Origin: Blepharisma stoltei ATCC 30299
Lineage: Eukaryota > Protista > Ciliophora
Direction of reading: 5' to 3'
Assembly: GCA_965603825.1 (NCBI GenBank)
Contig: CBFDEM010000043.1
Location: forward strand, 186,001 to 250,000
DNA length: 64,000 bases
The notes under the pieces are model-generated. The model saw only the letters and a list, made by a program, of their open reading frames with translations, was not told the origin of the DNA and searched no databases. The first letter of the stretch is position 1; each line of letters starts with the position of its first letter. The position numbers and the translations under genes were made by a program. Positions 1 to 11,750 of this stretch are shown in pieces.

Positions 1-615
1 CAGGTATCTCAGACTTTTAAAAACTGTGAAGCAGTAGCAGAAATTAACGGATTTAAGCTAGAAGAATCTGAAATGTGTGTTGTCTATTATGCAGGAGAAA
101 AGCCTGATATTGATGAACGCTATAATCCCTTCTGGGTTAAGCCTACAGGAATTCCGAGAAATTGTGCTTTAGAACTAGAATTTCATTTGCAAAAAGATAT
201 GCCTGCTTTTACTGCTCAAGAAACTGAATTAGAAGGATATGAGTTTAAAGCTACCATAAAAAGAAGAGAAATTAAAGAATTTACTTACTTTTATTGGTAT
301 TTGACCATAGAAAATGATGAAAATACAGAAGGGCTTATTGAAGCTTTGAAGGAGGAGCTAGATAGCTATTTTTCAGAGGTGAGAAGCAAATCGCCATCAG
401 TAGCAGAACAATTGTTAGGTGCTGAGCCTATTTCGGTAAAGATAGAGGACTATATAGCAGATTTAAGAATATTTTCAACACATCCAAATGATTATAAAAG
501 TGGGTGGCTGCTAAACGTGCCTTGTGCTTTTATTGATTCAGAAACTAATGGGATCTTGATATATGGGAGCGATCCTTTGCAGTTAGCCACTTATCATTTC
601 ATTAATAACTCTTAA
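1..615 (+). CDS. Hypothetical protein, 3' part (frame open from window edge)
   Basis: Frame 1 is open from base 1 to TAA at 613-615; no recognisable motif. Confidence 0.7.
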   Translation, partial: QVSQTFKNCEAVAEINGFKLEESEMCVVYYAGEKPDIDERYNPFWVKPTGIPRNCALELEFHLQKDMPAFTAQETELEGYEFKATIKRREIKEFTYFYWYLTIENDENTEGLIEALKEELDSYFSEVRSKSPSVAEQLLGAEPISVKIEDYIADLRIFSTHPNDYKSGWLLNVPCAFIDSETNGILIYGSDPLQLATYHFINNS

Positions 616-693
616 TGCAGAAATCACCAAATAAGTCAAAATAAAAATTCATTAATTTTCCTATTTGCCCCATTAATCACATTAGTAATCTTA

Positions 694-3390
694 ATGAAAC
701 ACAAAATAAGCGGGCTTGGAGCTTGGGAAGACTTAAAAATTCCTGCCATCAGCGGTCTCTGCAGCACAACTCAAAGCTTTGGCCTTGTCTGGCACCACTC
801 TGACGTAGTGTAATAAAAACTCAGCATCCTCGACTTCAAGCATATGCGAAGCATGCGTGCCCTCAGCACAGGAAATAATGGCGTTGACTTTGCCCACATC
901 TCAGGCTTTGCCTGCTTTCTAGTCTGCCAGGACAAGTTTCCTTCATCAATTACCATTTTTGACATAGCCTCCACCCAAACCAAAAAAGTTATTCTCCCTG
1001 GAAAGCTGAGATGCACCTATGTAGAACACATTGAGGTAAATTTTATATAGGATTTTGACTTTATAGTAGGGACTGACCAAGGGACAATCCTTATTTATTT
1101 AGATGGGAGTTTTGCGCAATGCAAAGAATTGACTGAGACTGAAAAAACAAGCGTCACTTGTATTGTAAATGATAATTAGAAATATGATATCAATAGTTTA
1201 GGAAGACTTGCAGCTGTAGGACTGGGGACTGGAGATATTGTTGTGGTTGAGCTTGATGAACTATCTGAGTTCCGACTGCCTGATTTTACACAAAAAGGTG
1301 GCAAAGTGACTGGAATTGACTTTATTGCGAGCGCCACAGGAGTCCTCCTAGCAGTTTTCAGAGAAGAGCCTTCTTCTTTTACAGTCACACAGATTGCAGA
1401 AGAAAATAAAATCACTGAAATTGCAAGAATTGACTACCCAAGATTTACCAGCCTCCTACAAATGAGCGTTTTTGAAAATTCTATGCTTTTTCTTGCAGCT
1501 TTATCAGGGACTGAGCTTGAAGTTTCTATTTACCATCCTGTAGTAAACCAAACTGAATTAATTATTTTAGACCAAAAAGAGTTTACTCTAGATGAACTGA
1601 ATTCTGTAGTAAATATAACAATCCCCGAAACTTCTATTTTTAAGAATAAAATTGAATTCGGGTGTGATCTCTGGATTTTAGGACGGGGAGGCTCAGAACT
1701 TCAAGTATTTCCTATTACATCGTCAGAGTCTGAAAAAATAACACAGAATTTGGTGACTTCTTGTATGGACCATACCATATGGCAAAAACCTGAGACGCTT
1801 GAAAGGATACTTGTGGAGTATGAAAAGGCAGGGATAAAAAGCCCGGCTTATTATCAAGATATGATGAACCCAGCAATTATATCAGTTTTAGTTAAAGAAA
1901 AAAAAAGTAATGTGGTCAGTGAATTTATGCTGAGAAAATTCCAAGACAGCTATTTACTCCCTGAAGAATATATATCAATAATAGAGTCCTGGCTGAAAAA
2001 AGATATGATTGACGTAGATGAAGAAGTAAAAACCCTTGTAATTGATGAATATCTAATATTAGAAAAACAAGGAAACGACTATTATCGAATTGTAAAGCAC
2101 GCAGAAACCATGCTTAGCCATTGCTATCAAATAAAAGATATTGCAGTTGCAATTGATATAAGGAAAAGTGATAACTCATATATTGAAAATGTCGTGCAAA
2201 AAATTCATGTATTGAAATTTATTTGCTGGATTTTAAGATCAGATGCTACACATTATTTAAAATTAGAAGGGTGGAACTGGAATGAAAGAAGGGCTAAACG
2301 AAAAGACTTTTTTGAAAAAGCAAAATTGCAGTATTCACAATCAAATACAGAAATCGGGCTGTTTATTGATAATTGGGTGAACAATAGACCGTTTCCTCCT
2401 ACAGTTGAGCAGTTAATAGATATTTTAAATGGGACTGACGAAAGGACTTTCCAAGCAATTTTTCAGTATCTCCTATTAGACCTTTCTGAGTATGCAAAAT
2501 CTGCTTATCACAGTGACCTCTCTGAAAACATCGACAGCAATTTAAATCTTTTTAAAGCCTCGTTCTTATTTAGCACTATAGAAAGCTACAAAATTTCAGG
2601 ATTCTGGCATCTAGATATGCTTTCTGACCCAAGCTGCTTTAAAATTACAGAAGACCCTGAAAAGCAATTTTTCTACCACGCAAAATCGTCGTTATAGTAA
2701 TTTTTATTCAGTTCTTTATCAGAAGCAAAAGATATATTGTCTATAGAGGAAAAGAAAAAAATATTAAAAACCTTCTACGAAACAGAAGCATATTCAGCTG
2801 CTTTACTTTGGGGAAAAACGTGTGGGATTGATTTAACTGACCCTGAAGTGGTAGAACTGATGCTTCTTGTATTTTTTGAAGGAAATATGTGGATCCAAGC
2901 TTTTAATTTCTTGAATGGGCTCAGCTCTTCACTTGTCGCTACAAATCATGGGATTGCACTATTTATTCACTTAATGGACTCTAAAAATAATTCTCAATAC
3001 CTTCCTTTTATTCCTTTCAAAGGCAAGCTTGAAGAGCTATTTTTAAGCCATTTATGCACGTTGCTGCCTCATATATATTCTTTTGCTTTGATATTTAGAA
3101 AGAGATATAGTGAACTGTTTAGGAAAGAAGGAATGGAAGAAAACGAGGGAATTGAAAAAGTCATTGGCTGCTTTAAAAATATTATTAAAGGAGTAAAAGT
3201 GTATGATAACTATGGAGACGAAATTCCAGTACAAACAAGCATATATAAAGCGCCAGAAAAAGGGAGAGAAAATCAAGAAAGTGATATGGAAATTGTGAAT
3301 TTAGAAGCCCCACATCCTGATGTAAGCAATGTATCAATTGAAGAGTCACTCAGACCTTCAAAGCTAGTATTTAGTCCAAATAATAAATAA
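694..3390 (+). CDS. ELYS/AHCTF1-like nucleoporin (N-terminal beta-propeller-like region plus ELYS helical domain); 4 tiny introns
   Basis: ATG at 694. Removing 15-nt introns 810-824, 1036-1050, 1165-1179 and 2697-2711 joins ORFs 844, 1243 and 2737 in one frame. The motif FPPT..LIDIL..AIFQYLLLDL..F..YKISGFWHLD resembles the ELYS domain (YPP..YLLLD..I.GFW.LD). Confidence 0.7.
810..824 (+). other. 15-nt spliceosomal intron
   Basis: gtaataaaaactcag; removes in-frame TAA codons; A at position 10. Confidence 0.85.
1036..1050 (+). other. 15-nt spliceosomal intron
   Basis: gtaaattttatatag; removes in-frame TAG; A at position 10. Confidence 0.85.
1165..1179 (+). other. 15-nt spliceosomal intron
   Basis: gtaaatgataattag; removes in-frame TAG; A at position 10. 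Confidence 0.85.
2697..2711 (+). other. 15-nt spliceosomal intron
   Basis: gtaatttttattcag; removes TAG TAA and joins ORF 1243 to ORF 2737. Confidence 0.85.
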
Positions 3391-3447
3391 TCGTTGGTAA
3401 ATCCTAGGTATTTGAATAATCCACAATATTTCCCCAATAATTATAAA

Positions 3448-4035
3448 ATGTTTATATTGCTATCATTACTAACCTTAGGCCTTGCCCAAGATAGTGATGC
3501 ATTGGCAAGAAGAACCAAGCTTGGTACTTGTCTTTTCCTGGTCCGTTCAAAGCTCTCTCATGACCAGGATGAGTTTGAGCCATTCTTCCAATCTTTTCCT
3601 CAAGAAATCTCAGACCTAGTGATGAACAAGGCAGTGGCCGACATGTTAAGTCAATGTATAGAAGATATTTCAGAAGAGGAAGCCAGGGAGCTTATGATGA
3701 AATTTCACAACAGTGAAGATCTTCCTGTCACTAATCATATCAAATTCGACAAAGAAGAATTCAAAGCAAAAGGAGACTTCCAGCTGACTCCAGAGCAGGT
3801 AAAGTTGTTTGACGAAATTAAGGAAGCACAGGAAAAAATTAAAGCAGCTGAAGGAGATTATGGACAAGAAGAAGACTTGAACCCTAATAGAGAGCCACTT
3901 CCTTTAGCTCACTTTGGATGGAGCTATATCCTCATAATTTTCGGAGTTTTTGGAGCATTTTTCTACTTCGCAATCAAATTGGTTTTAGCTGCAGACGCAC
4001 CTAAGAAGTCAAAGAAGAATAAAAAAACTAATTAA
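3448..4035 (+). CDS. Type I ER membrane protein (signal peptide, C-terminal TM, KKxx motif)
   Basis: MFILLSLLTLGLA signal peptide from ATG 3448; hydrophobic WSYILIIFGVFGAFFYFAI; ends KKTN (dilysine retrieval). Confidence 0.75.
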   Translation: MFILLSLLTLGLAQDSDALARRTKLGTCLFLVRSKLSHDQDEFEPFFQSFPQEISDLVMNKAVADMLSQCIEDISEEEARELMMKFHNSEDLPVTNHIKFDKEEFKAKGDFQLTPEQVKLFDEIKEAQEKIKAAEGDYGQEEDLNPNREPLPLAHFGWSYILIIFGVFGAFFYFAIKLVLAADAPKKSKKNKKTN

Positions 4036-4126
4036 ACTACTAGGATTTCATATTAAAATAGCCATTCAGTGAAGCTTAATCAAAGAATTCTAATATCATA
4101 CATTTAAGTAATTTATTAAATCTAAT

Positions 4127-5578
4127 ATGTTTAGACTCAAATCAAAAAGACTTACTAAAATTATTGGCACTTTGGATGAGGATGCCTTAATGTATGAAGA
4201 CAGTATTATTAGAGAAATGATTGAATCTGGCATAGACATAGTCCGCATTGAGCTCTTGCACCACAATTACAAATCATACTCAGCTCTTATAGACAGACTG
4301 TATTCTGTAGCTGCAAGCATGAACTCAAGCATAGCTACTTTGCTCGAAATCCCTGCAAATAATAGAACTCTTTGGGTTCCTTCTGATTACACAGTCGAAA
4401 AAGACAGAGAGCTTACAATTCTAGTCGGCAAAAGAGACGCCCAAGAATACAAAGAAAGTGAAGACGAAGACGAAAAAATCTTTATCAGCATCAATGTCCT
4501 AGGGACTGACATAATGGAAGGCCAAACCATCATTTTTGGCGACGAGGTCAGTGGAGAAATAGTGTCTGTCAATCCTGACGAAATTAAAGTCATCATAAAA
4601 AATGATGGAGTCATTTATAACAGGTCAAGAGTCTATATCAATGGCTCTTGCAAATACGCTATGAATTTTTCTGAAATGCAAATAAAACACCTTGATTTCA
4701 TTGCACAGACCAACGCTGATTTTATCACCTTTGTTTTCTCAAACGAAAACTTTAATGAAGAGTTAGCGTTTCTTCAAGAGAAGTTGAGAGGAAAAGATAT
4801 CAAAATTTTGTGTAAAATTGAAAAACAGCTGGAAAGTGAAGTTCTTTATGAGTTCATTGAAAAAACTAATGGAATTGTGATTGCAAGATACCCTATGGGA
4901 GCTGAAATGCCAATAGAGCGAATTTGTACTTATCAAAAAGAAGTGATTGCAGCATGCCGACAAAGAGCAAAACCAGTTTTAATCAGCGGCCATGTGCTAG
5001 GGAGCTTAAGAAATCTTCCATATCCATTAAGAGCAGATGCTTGTGACGTTTATAATGGAGTAATTGATGGTATTGATGGATTTGTGGTCTGCTCAGAAAT
5101 ACTTCAAGAAGATAACTGAAGAAATACCTTGGAAATGCTCACCAATATTTTGGCTACCGCAGAATCTTCAATTGAGTACCGGTCTGCGTTCCAAAAAATC
5201 TGGATTGCAAGCATAAAGCCAAGTATTGCAGAATCGATTGCATCAAGTGCGATTAAAACTTGTATTGAGCTGGAAGCGAATTATATTTTATGCTTAGCAG
5301 AGCATGGGAGAGCTCCAAGACTGCTATCAAAATATAAGCCACCTGTTCCTATTATTACGATTTCTAGCTTAATTAAGACAGTTCAGCAGAGCTTGATCCA
5401 TAGAGGGACAGTTCCAATTCTTGGGGAAAAATTGGACTATAAGCAAGCTTTAACAAATGCTGTTGAAATGATCAGGGCTAACACTGATCGCAATTGCACT
5501 GTGGTAGTAGTGACTGAGCTTTTGGACTCTGCTAAACACTTTAACGAACAAATGGGCGTTCTTACAATTGAGCAATAA
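4127..5578 (+). CDS. Pyruvate kinase-like protein with degenerate active site
   Basis: TKIIGTL, KIE, QKEVIAAC..AKPV, RAD.CDVYNGV.DG and a C-terminal PK_C domain (ESIASSA..RLLSKYKP). TGA at 5117-5119 read as Trp joins the two ORFs. Confidence 0.85.
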
Positions 5579-5644
5579 AATAATTAAGCCTTAGAATTAT
5601 GCATTTATTATATCTTAAGTTATATTATTTTATATAATTATATA

Positions 5645-6364
5645 TTACATCTCTGAGGATCTTCTCCTTACTGAATAAAGTGGGTCACTTCTTCTTATTT
5701 TTCTTTTTTCTTTATATTCTTCAAACGTCATTTCACTCTGTTCTCTTATTGCTTTGAATTCTTGCTTAAGATCTTTAAAAAATGTAGGTGCTTTTCCTCT
5801 CATTGATTTAAGAAGCTTGTCTTGGAATTCTCTTACAGGCATAATTGGCTTCAGTTTAATTGGCGGTAACGGAGACTTGTTTGGCTTCCTTTCAGATAAA
5901 ACAATTGGATTATCTGCAGCTGTTAATGAAAAAATGGTTGTATCTTCAGCTCGAGACGCTGATTTTCTTTCTCTTCGTTCTGAGTATGGCTTTGTCTTTT
6001 TAAATGGTTTTGTTTTATTTAGTAGACTTCTGATTTTGTCCATCTCATACTTTTTCTTTTCACGCTCTTGGATTATTAGGGAATGCTGATTACGGATTTT
6101 GGCTTCTTTCCTGGCTTTTGTGAAAAGGTCTCTTTCTTTTATCATTTTTCGCTGTTCTTTGACTTTTTCTTGGAGATCTTGGAATTTTTTGTATCTTTCT
6201 TCGAGTTCTTCTTTTTTGTGTTTGTAAGGGTAGAGTTCGTTGATGTCGATTTTTGATTTTTGGGGGTGGGAGATTGGAAGAGGAGCGGTGTCTGCTCTAA
6301 TGTATTTTTGAGCGAAGTTGTCAAATGAATGATTTGCAAAATTTCCTGCGAAAGGTCTCCACAT
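5645..6364 (-). CDS. Hypothetical basic coiled-coil protein
   Basis: 239-aa ATG-TAA ORF, K/E/R-rich. Confidence 0.65.
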   Translation of the reverse strand: MWRPFAGNFANHSFDNFAQKYIRADTAPLPISHPQKSKIDINELYPYKHKKEELEERYKKFQDLQEKVKEQRKMIKERDLFTKARKEAKIRNQHSLIIQEREKKKYEMDKIRSLLNKTKPFKKTKPYSERRERKSASRAEDTTIFSLTAADNPIVLSERKPNKSPLPPIKLKPIMPVREFQDKLLKSMRGKAPTFFKDLKQEFKAIREQSEMTFEEYKEKRKIRRSDPLYSVRRRSSEM

Positions 6365-7244
6365 TTTATATGCAATGCTGAAACGTTAGCATTTTCTTTA
6401 TTAAGAAATTTATAAAATGTATGCTATATGTCTTTAAAAGATAAAATCATTGGATTATTAGGTCATTTTTCGTTCAGTTTATATAAATTATAGCTAAAAT
6501 TTATAAGACTGGATGATACATGTATAGGTTTGACGTCCAAATATTCGTTTTACAATTTTCTTGCTCTTTTCTGTTAATAAAACAAAATTATAGCAAGTCA
6601 ATACTAAAAATATTATCATTAAAAGGTATTTTAGATAAATTCTTCCCCAATTTTAGCCAATTTGTCTGATTATCACGGAAAATTCTTTTGATTTTTTAGG
6701 TTTCTGAGGATAATTTTATGGAATGACATTTTTAGCCGAAAATCACTGTTTAAACTTAAAATAATGGCAATATATAAATTTTTCAGTCTCAAGCCAAACA
6801 ATTTAATTAAAATTTAATTTAGAATTTCTTTTATAATTAGGTTCTCAATACTCATAAGAAAGTAGAATATTTGAAGATAAATGTTTTTTCGCAGTTTTTC
6901 GCCAACTAAACATAAATCTTGCCATTTATAGCTTTTATATTTTAGCAGTTAATTTTCAGTTTTTTGTCTAGCAACTAAGAACTCAGCTACCAAAATCAAC
7001 TTCAAATAATAATCAGATTTTTGCTATAAAGCATCTAAAATAAAATCTATGATAGCTTACTAAGCAAATAATATTGATTAAAATTTATTTATAAACAATC
7101 TCTCCAAGATGAGGATAAATCTTTTACTTTTAATATGATTTCAAATAATTATTAATAAAACTTTATCACGCCATTTAAAAAAATGACTGGATTAATGTAA
7201 GTCGATTTCTGATACATATTTATTGGCAAATCTCATTATTATCC

Positions 7245-7715
7245 ATGAAGCTTCCAATCCCACAAGATATTCATCCTTCTATCAGCCTAATTCCAGAACT
7301 AACATGCAAATCATGCAGTTTATCATTTTTAACTGCTCAAGATCTAGCTCTTCACCAATCTGAAGTTCAAAAAGAACGCCTAAGAGAGCCAGGGGTTTTC
7401 GAAATTCCATCCAAAATAGAAAACCCGCAGCCTCCTTCTGATAAGTCGGAGCTCACCTGTTTCGAATGCTCGAAGATATTTTCTACCGAAAAAGGTCTCC
7501 ATCAGCATGAAGGCAAAATTCATAACTTCAGCAAAAGATCTTTCAAATGTCAAATTTGTTACAAAAAATTCAGGGATCAGTCAGCTCTGAAATTTCACTC
7601 TAGACAAGTTCATGAGAGAAGTACTAGAGTGAGCTGTGAAGACTGTAAACAAACGTTTTACAGCAAGTATGTTTTTGATAAACATCTGAAAAATTGCGCA
7701 ATCCAAGAATTATAA
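7245..7715 (+). CDS. C2H2 zinc-finger protein
   Basis: CKSC..H, CFEC..HEGKIH, CQIC..HSRQVH, CEDC..H. Confidence 0.9.
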   Translation: MKLPIPQDIHPSISLIPELTCKSCSLSFLTAQDLALHQSEVQKERLREPGVFEIPSKIENPQPPSDKSELTCFECSKIFSTEKGLHQHEGKIHNFSKRSFKCQICYKKFRDQSALKFHSRQVHERSTRVSCEDCKQTFYSKYVFDKHLKNCAIQEL

Positions 7716-7758
7716 CTAACAGTTTTTAAAAAACTTATAAAAATAATCTATGAATTAT

Positions 7759-9367
7759 TTACTTTTTCGTAGTTCTTTTTGCACCCTGCGCTTTATTGGC
7801 TTTAACAGTTGGTCCACGAGCTAGTTTCCAGTTCTGAAGTTGTCTTTCAGCCCTTGCTCTCAGTTCATCAACGCTGAGTGGATTTTCGTCATCGTCAAAT
7901 TCCATCCCATCCTCTTCTTCATCCTGAAGTACTGGTACTAAAAGCTGTATAGGTGCATTATTTTGCACCACCTGTGAGCCAAGCGCCATAACATTATTTA
8001 GTGCTGCAATATTAGCTCTATGCAGCATTGGGTCATCTTTCATAATAGCTTCAACTTGCAGCTTTTGAGCCTGAATTAATGCATAACTCTGTATAATTTT
8101 ATTAGCCCTCAGCTCAACCTCAGCCAAATACTTCATCATATTTGACTCAGTAAGCGCTTCTTCTTCCATTTCTTTAAGTAATGGCTCATCAGGGTCTAAA
8201 GATTGCAAAAAGCTTTTAAGCTGCTCTTTAATAAATGCAATAGTCTTCATTGACTCTTTAAGCCGCTGTTCATTAATATTATTTCTGAATTCCATGTTAG
8301 CGAGCCTTTCTTCCATTTTTTGTAGCATTCTTTTTTTAGAAGTATCAGTTAAAGCTCCCATTTGTTTATATCTAGAAATTTCTGACTTGATTTCTTCAAT
8401 CTGCTTTTCCAGCTGCTCAATTTCAGACGTCAATTCATTGACGAAATTCAAAAGAGCTGTATTTTTTTCTTCGTATCTTAAAAAGGCATCTACTAAATCT
8501 TGTAAAGACTCTACACCAGTCTCGGCTTTAATTTTGGCTAATGCTTCTTCATAGCTTTTGACAAGCTGCACACTTTCATTAGTTGACTGTTTTTCTGCTT
8601 CAGAAAGCTTGGTAAGGTTTCTGATTTTATATTCGTCTTCTGGGTTTATTTCAGTCACAGAATTTTCCATTAATTTTTCTTTTTCCCTTTGCTGGATAAA
8701 TTCTTTTTTCTTTTTTTCTTGTTCTATTTGTGCTATTAATTCGTTCCATTTTTGCTCGTATTCTTTTTGTTCTTCTTCGTTCTGTTTCTTTAGTTTTTCT
8801 AGATGTTGTAAGGCTTGTTCTCGATTTTTATAAGCAGTTTCTGCTGATGCGATTGCTTCAGCCATTTCGCTTCTTTTTTTATTGAGATCGTCCTGAAGTT
8901 TTTTGAATGTGGCTTCATAGATGTTTTTATCCTTTCTTAGCTTGTCAATTTCAAGTCTGAGCTGTTTGTTGTGGGAAACAGTTTGGTTGAATCGTTGGAC
9001 AGCTTTATCGAGACGGTTTTCAAGGATTCTTATCTCACGTGAGAGCTGTTTTTGCTTTTCTGCTGAGCTGTGAACACCTCCCATGTTTCTTCTGAGCTGG
9101 TTGACCATCTCTTGGTACTCAGAGATTTTTTTGTCAAGCTCAATTGATTTGGCTTTTTCTTGGTCAATTCGTTGTCGAAGAGTTTCAGGGAGGTCGAGGG
9201 ATGCATGGGTTGATCCAAGTAGTGGAGAAGATACATCTCTGAAAGTGGAGTCTTTAGCAGTCTTAGCATGCTTGGACTTCTGTGCTGGGGCGTCTAAGTA
9301 TTTTCGCTTTAATTCAGCTAAATCTTCTTCATCTGCAATATAACTTACAGTTACCAAGTTCTGACAT
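7759..9367 (-). CDS. Outer dynein arm docking complex coiled-coil subunit (ODAD1/CCDC114/CCDC63 family); 16-nt intron
   Basis: MGGV..IRILENRLDKA..RFN..N..LR.EID.LR and F..YEEKN..L.NFVNEL motifs. Probable true start ATG 9367 (MSELGNY) with intron 9333-9348. Confidence 0.8.
9333..9348 (-). other. 16-nt spliceosomal intron
   Basis: gtaagttatattgcag on the minus strand; links ATG 9367 to the main frame. Confidence 0.7.
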
Positions 9368-9414
9368 TTTAGATTATAGGTTTTTAAAATTTGCATTTTT
9401 ATTTAAAAGTTTAG

Positions 9415-10707
9415 CTACTTATTATTCGATTCAATCTTGCAAATTTCAGTCAGTGATGGCGTTGCATAATTAAATTGGAATACACAAAGATCAGAAAATC
9501 TTAAAATGTAAATATTTTTATCCTGGACAACTGGCGGTGATTGGCTTCACCAGTTTAATGTACCTTCAACAGGCATCAAAGATTGTTCAGTATCGTCATC
9601 GCCTATTAAACAAATATTTTTATTTTGAAAAATTATAATCCCATTTTCAATAGAAGCCAATGTGCATCCATGCTGGCTTAGAGGAAATTGCAATTGGATA
9701 CTTTGAACGTAAAAGTTGTCAAGGCTCACCATTTCTATGCTGAAATCTTTGTTTCCACCAGCGATAAAAATTTTATTCCCATGATGGCAAACGCCAGGAA
9801 GTTTTCTAGATAAATGAAGGTCTCCCATAAATTCCCAGCTAGATGTTATTATATTGTATCTTTCAAATGAAGTAATTTCACCTATTCCCATGCCTCCGAA
9901 AACATAAACAAAATTGTCAACGAAGATGCCAGAATGATAATATCTCTCATAAATCATATTGTTTCGGATTATTAATTCTTGAGTGTTAAGGTCTATTTCA
10001 AACACAGATTTGACAGCTTGCCCAAGAATTGTTGATCCTCCGCTAACAAGCACAGATCCAGGTAGCCCTACAATAGCAGAAAAAGCTTTGCTTTTCATAT
10101 TCTTTATCGTCATGACTTCTAATTTTCGCTTAGAAACATCATAAACCTTCAGCTTATCTTGCTTAATATGATATAGCTTTGCAGAGCCTATACTTGGTCC
10201 TACATATTTTATTTCGACCTCAACATTATCCCAAACATTTTCTAAATGAGGCACTTTTAAGTCAATGTCCACAAAATTCATCCTTTCTTCTACAAACTTA
10301 TTAAACTCATTTAGGTCAATTTGTTCGATTTTATTCACTATAGAATTCAGCTTTTCTAAAGTCTCCTCTTTCTGTTCTTCAACCTGTCTTAATATTATGT
10401 CAAGCTGGGATTCGAGATTTCTTATGATTGATGAAATTTTGGCTTTATAGTCCTCTGTAGCCTCATTTACGAATCTAATCTCTTCTTCTATTTTGGACAG
10501 AATTAGCTCTTTGTTCTGGCTATTTTTACCTAGCTGAGAGATTTCTAAATCGGAGATAATTGGTTTTTCAGAGATTGAAAGCTTCCGACTGAAGTGAGAA
10601 ATTTTAGGTAAGGCCAGTTTGTGGTTTTCTAAGCAGTCATTGCAGCACATGATTCCTGCACAGTAGCATTTCTCCACTGCAGCATTTGTGCAGATGTCGC
10701 AGTTCAT
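9415..10707 (-). CDS. B-box-like zinc finger + coiled coil + Kelch repeat protein
   Basis: N-terminal CDIC..CYC..CCNDC..H; Kelch YVFGG/FIAGG motifs. TGA at 9547 read as Trp extends to TAG at 9415-9417 (WWSQSPPV..). Confidence 0.8.
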
Positions 10708-10999
10708 TTTTATGAAGATAATTTGAAGAGGTAAAATGAATATCAGGATAAATGATGCTTTTATGGGAAATTAAAAGATTGAAATCATTATTATGGGATT
10801 TCTAAATTATCCTGATTTTTTTGTAATTATGTGTATTTACAATTTATGATGATTTTAAAAATTTTATTTTTATCAAAATAGATTTGCTGAAGAAAAAATA
10901 TTAATAATTATAGATAGCCGAATTATTAAATCAGAAAATTTTTAGCTTAGCATAATAAATTATCATATTATATATATTTATTTTCAAATAAAAATAAAT

Positions 11000-11626
11000 C
11001 TATAACAATCTGGCTGAACTGATAGAAAACTTTGGTGTATGCCATGCTGTTTGAGCTGTTTTAAAAGGTAAAAAATCTTGATAGCTTCTAAATCTTCTAG
11101 CCCTTGATGTTTGAGGCCTTGTAGGTGTTTCGGTCTTTATCTTCGCATACAATCGATCATGAATGACTTTATCTTTTTGATAAGTATCTTCATAGCTATA
11201 ATCCTTCCTTATTTCATTATATACAAGAGAAGGGTTTTTTTGATATCTTGTTGAATATGAAATTGAGAGAGATTTCTCAAAAGGTGAAGAAGGAATTGTT
11301 TCTTTCGTGCCTAATTCAGAGAAGGATTTCTTTTTTTCAGAAAGTTTGCTGAGAGGTCGATAGTCCTTATGCCCAATCCTTAGAGATAACGGTGACCCTG
11401 TCCTTAATCTTTTGAAATCAAAAACACTTTTCAAGCTTGAACTATTATTATGCAGTTTTGTTTGCTTGTCTAGAGTAAGGGTTTTTTTTGGAGATGGGCA
11501 GCTAAATGTTTTAAAGAAAGCTCCAGAAAACTGGTTTGATGAATGTTTTTTACTTTTGTTAACATGAAGCTCAAGAATTTTGCATGTGCATAAAGCTGTT
11601 TTTGTATCTTTATGGTTATTATTCAT
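11000..11626 (-). CDS. Hypothetical Ser/Lys-rich protein
   Basis: 208-aa ATG-TAG ORF. Confidence 0.6.
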   Translation of the reverse strand: MNNNHKDTKTALCTCKILELHVNKSKKHSSNQFSGAFFKTFSCPSPKKTLTLDKQTKLHNNSSSLKSVFDFKRLRTGSPLSLRIGHKDYRPLSKLSEKKKSFSELGTKETIPSSPFEKSLSISYSTRYQKNPSLVYNEIRKDYSYEDTYQKDKVIHDRLYAKIKTETPTRPQTSRARRFRSYQDFLPFKTAQTAWHTPKFSISSARLL

Positions 11627-11750
11627 TATTTATAAAAAAAGTTTTCATTTTAATAGAATTTTAAATTAAATTCAAGAGATTTACGCTGCTATTTGTTTCA
11701 TCTCCAAAAAATGTTTAATATTAACATAGAGTTTACTAAGATAATAAAAT

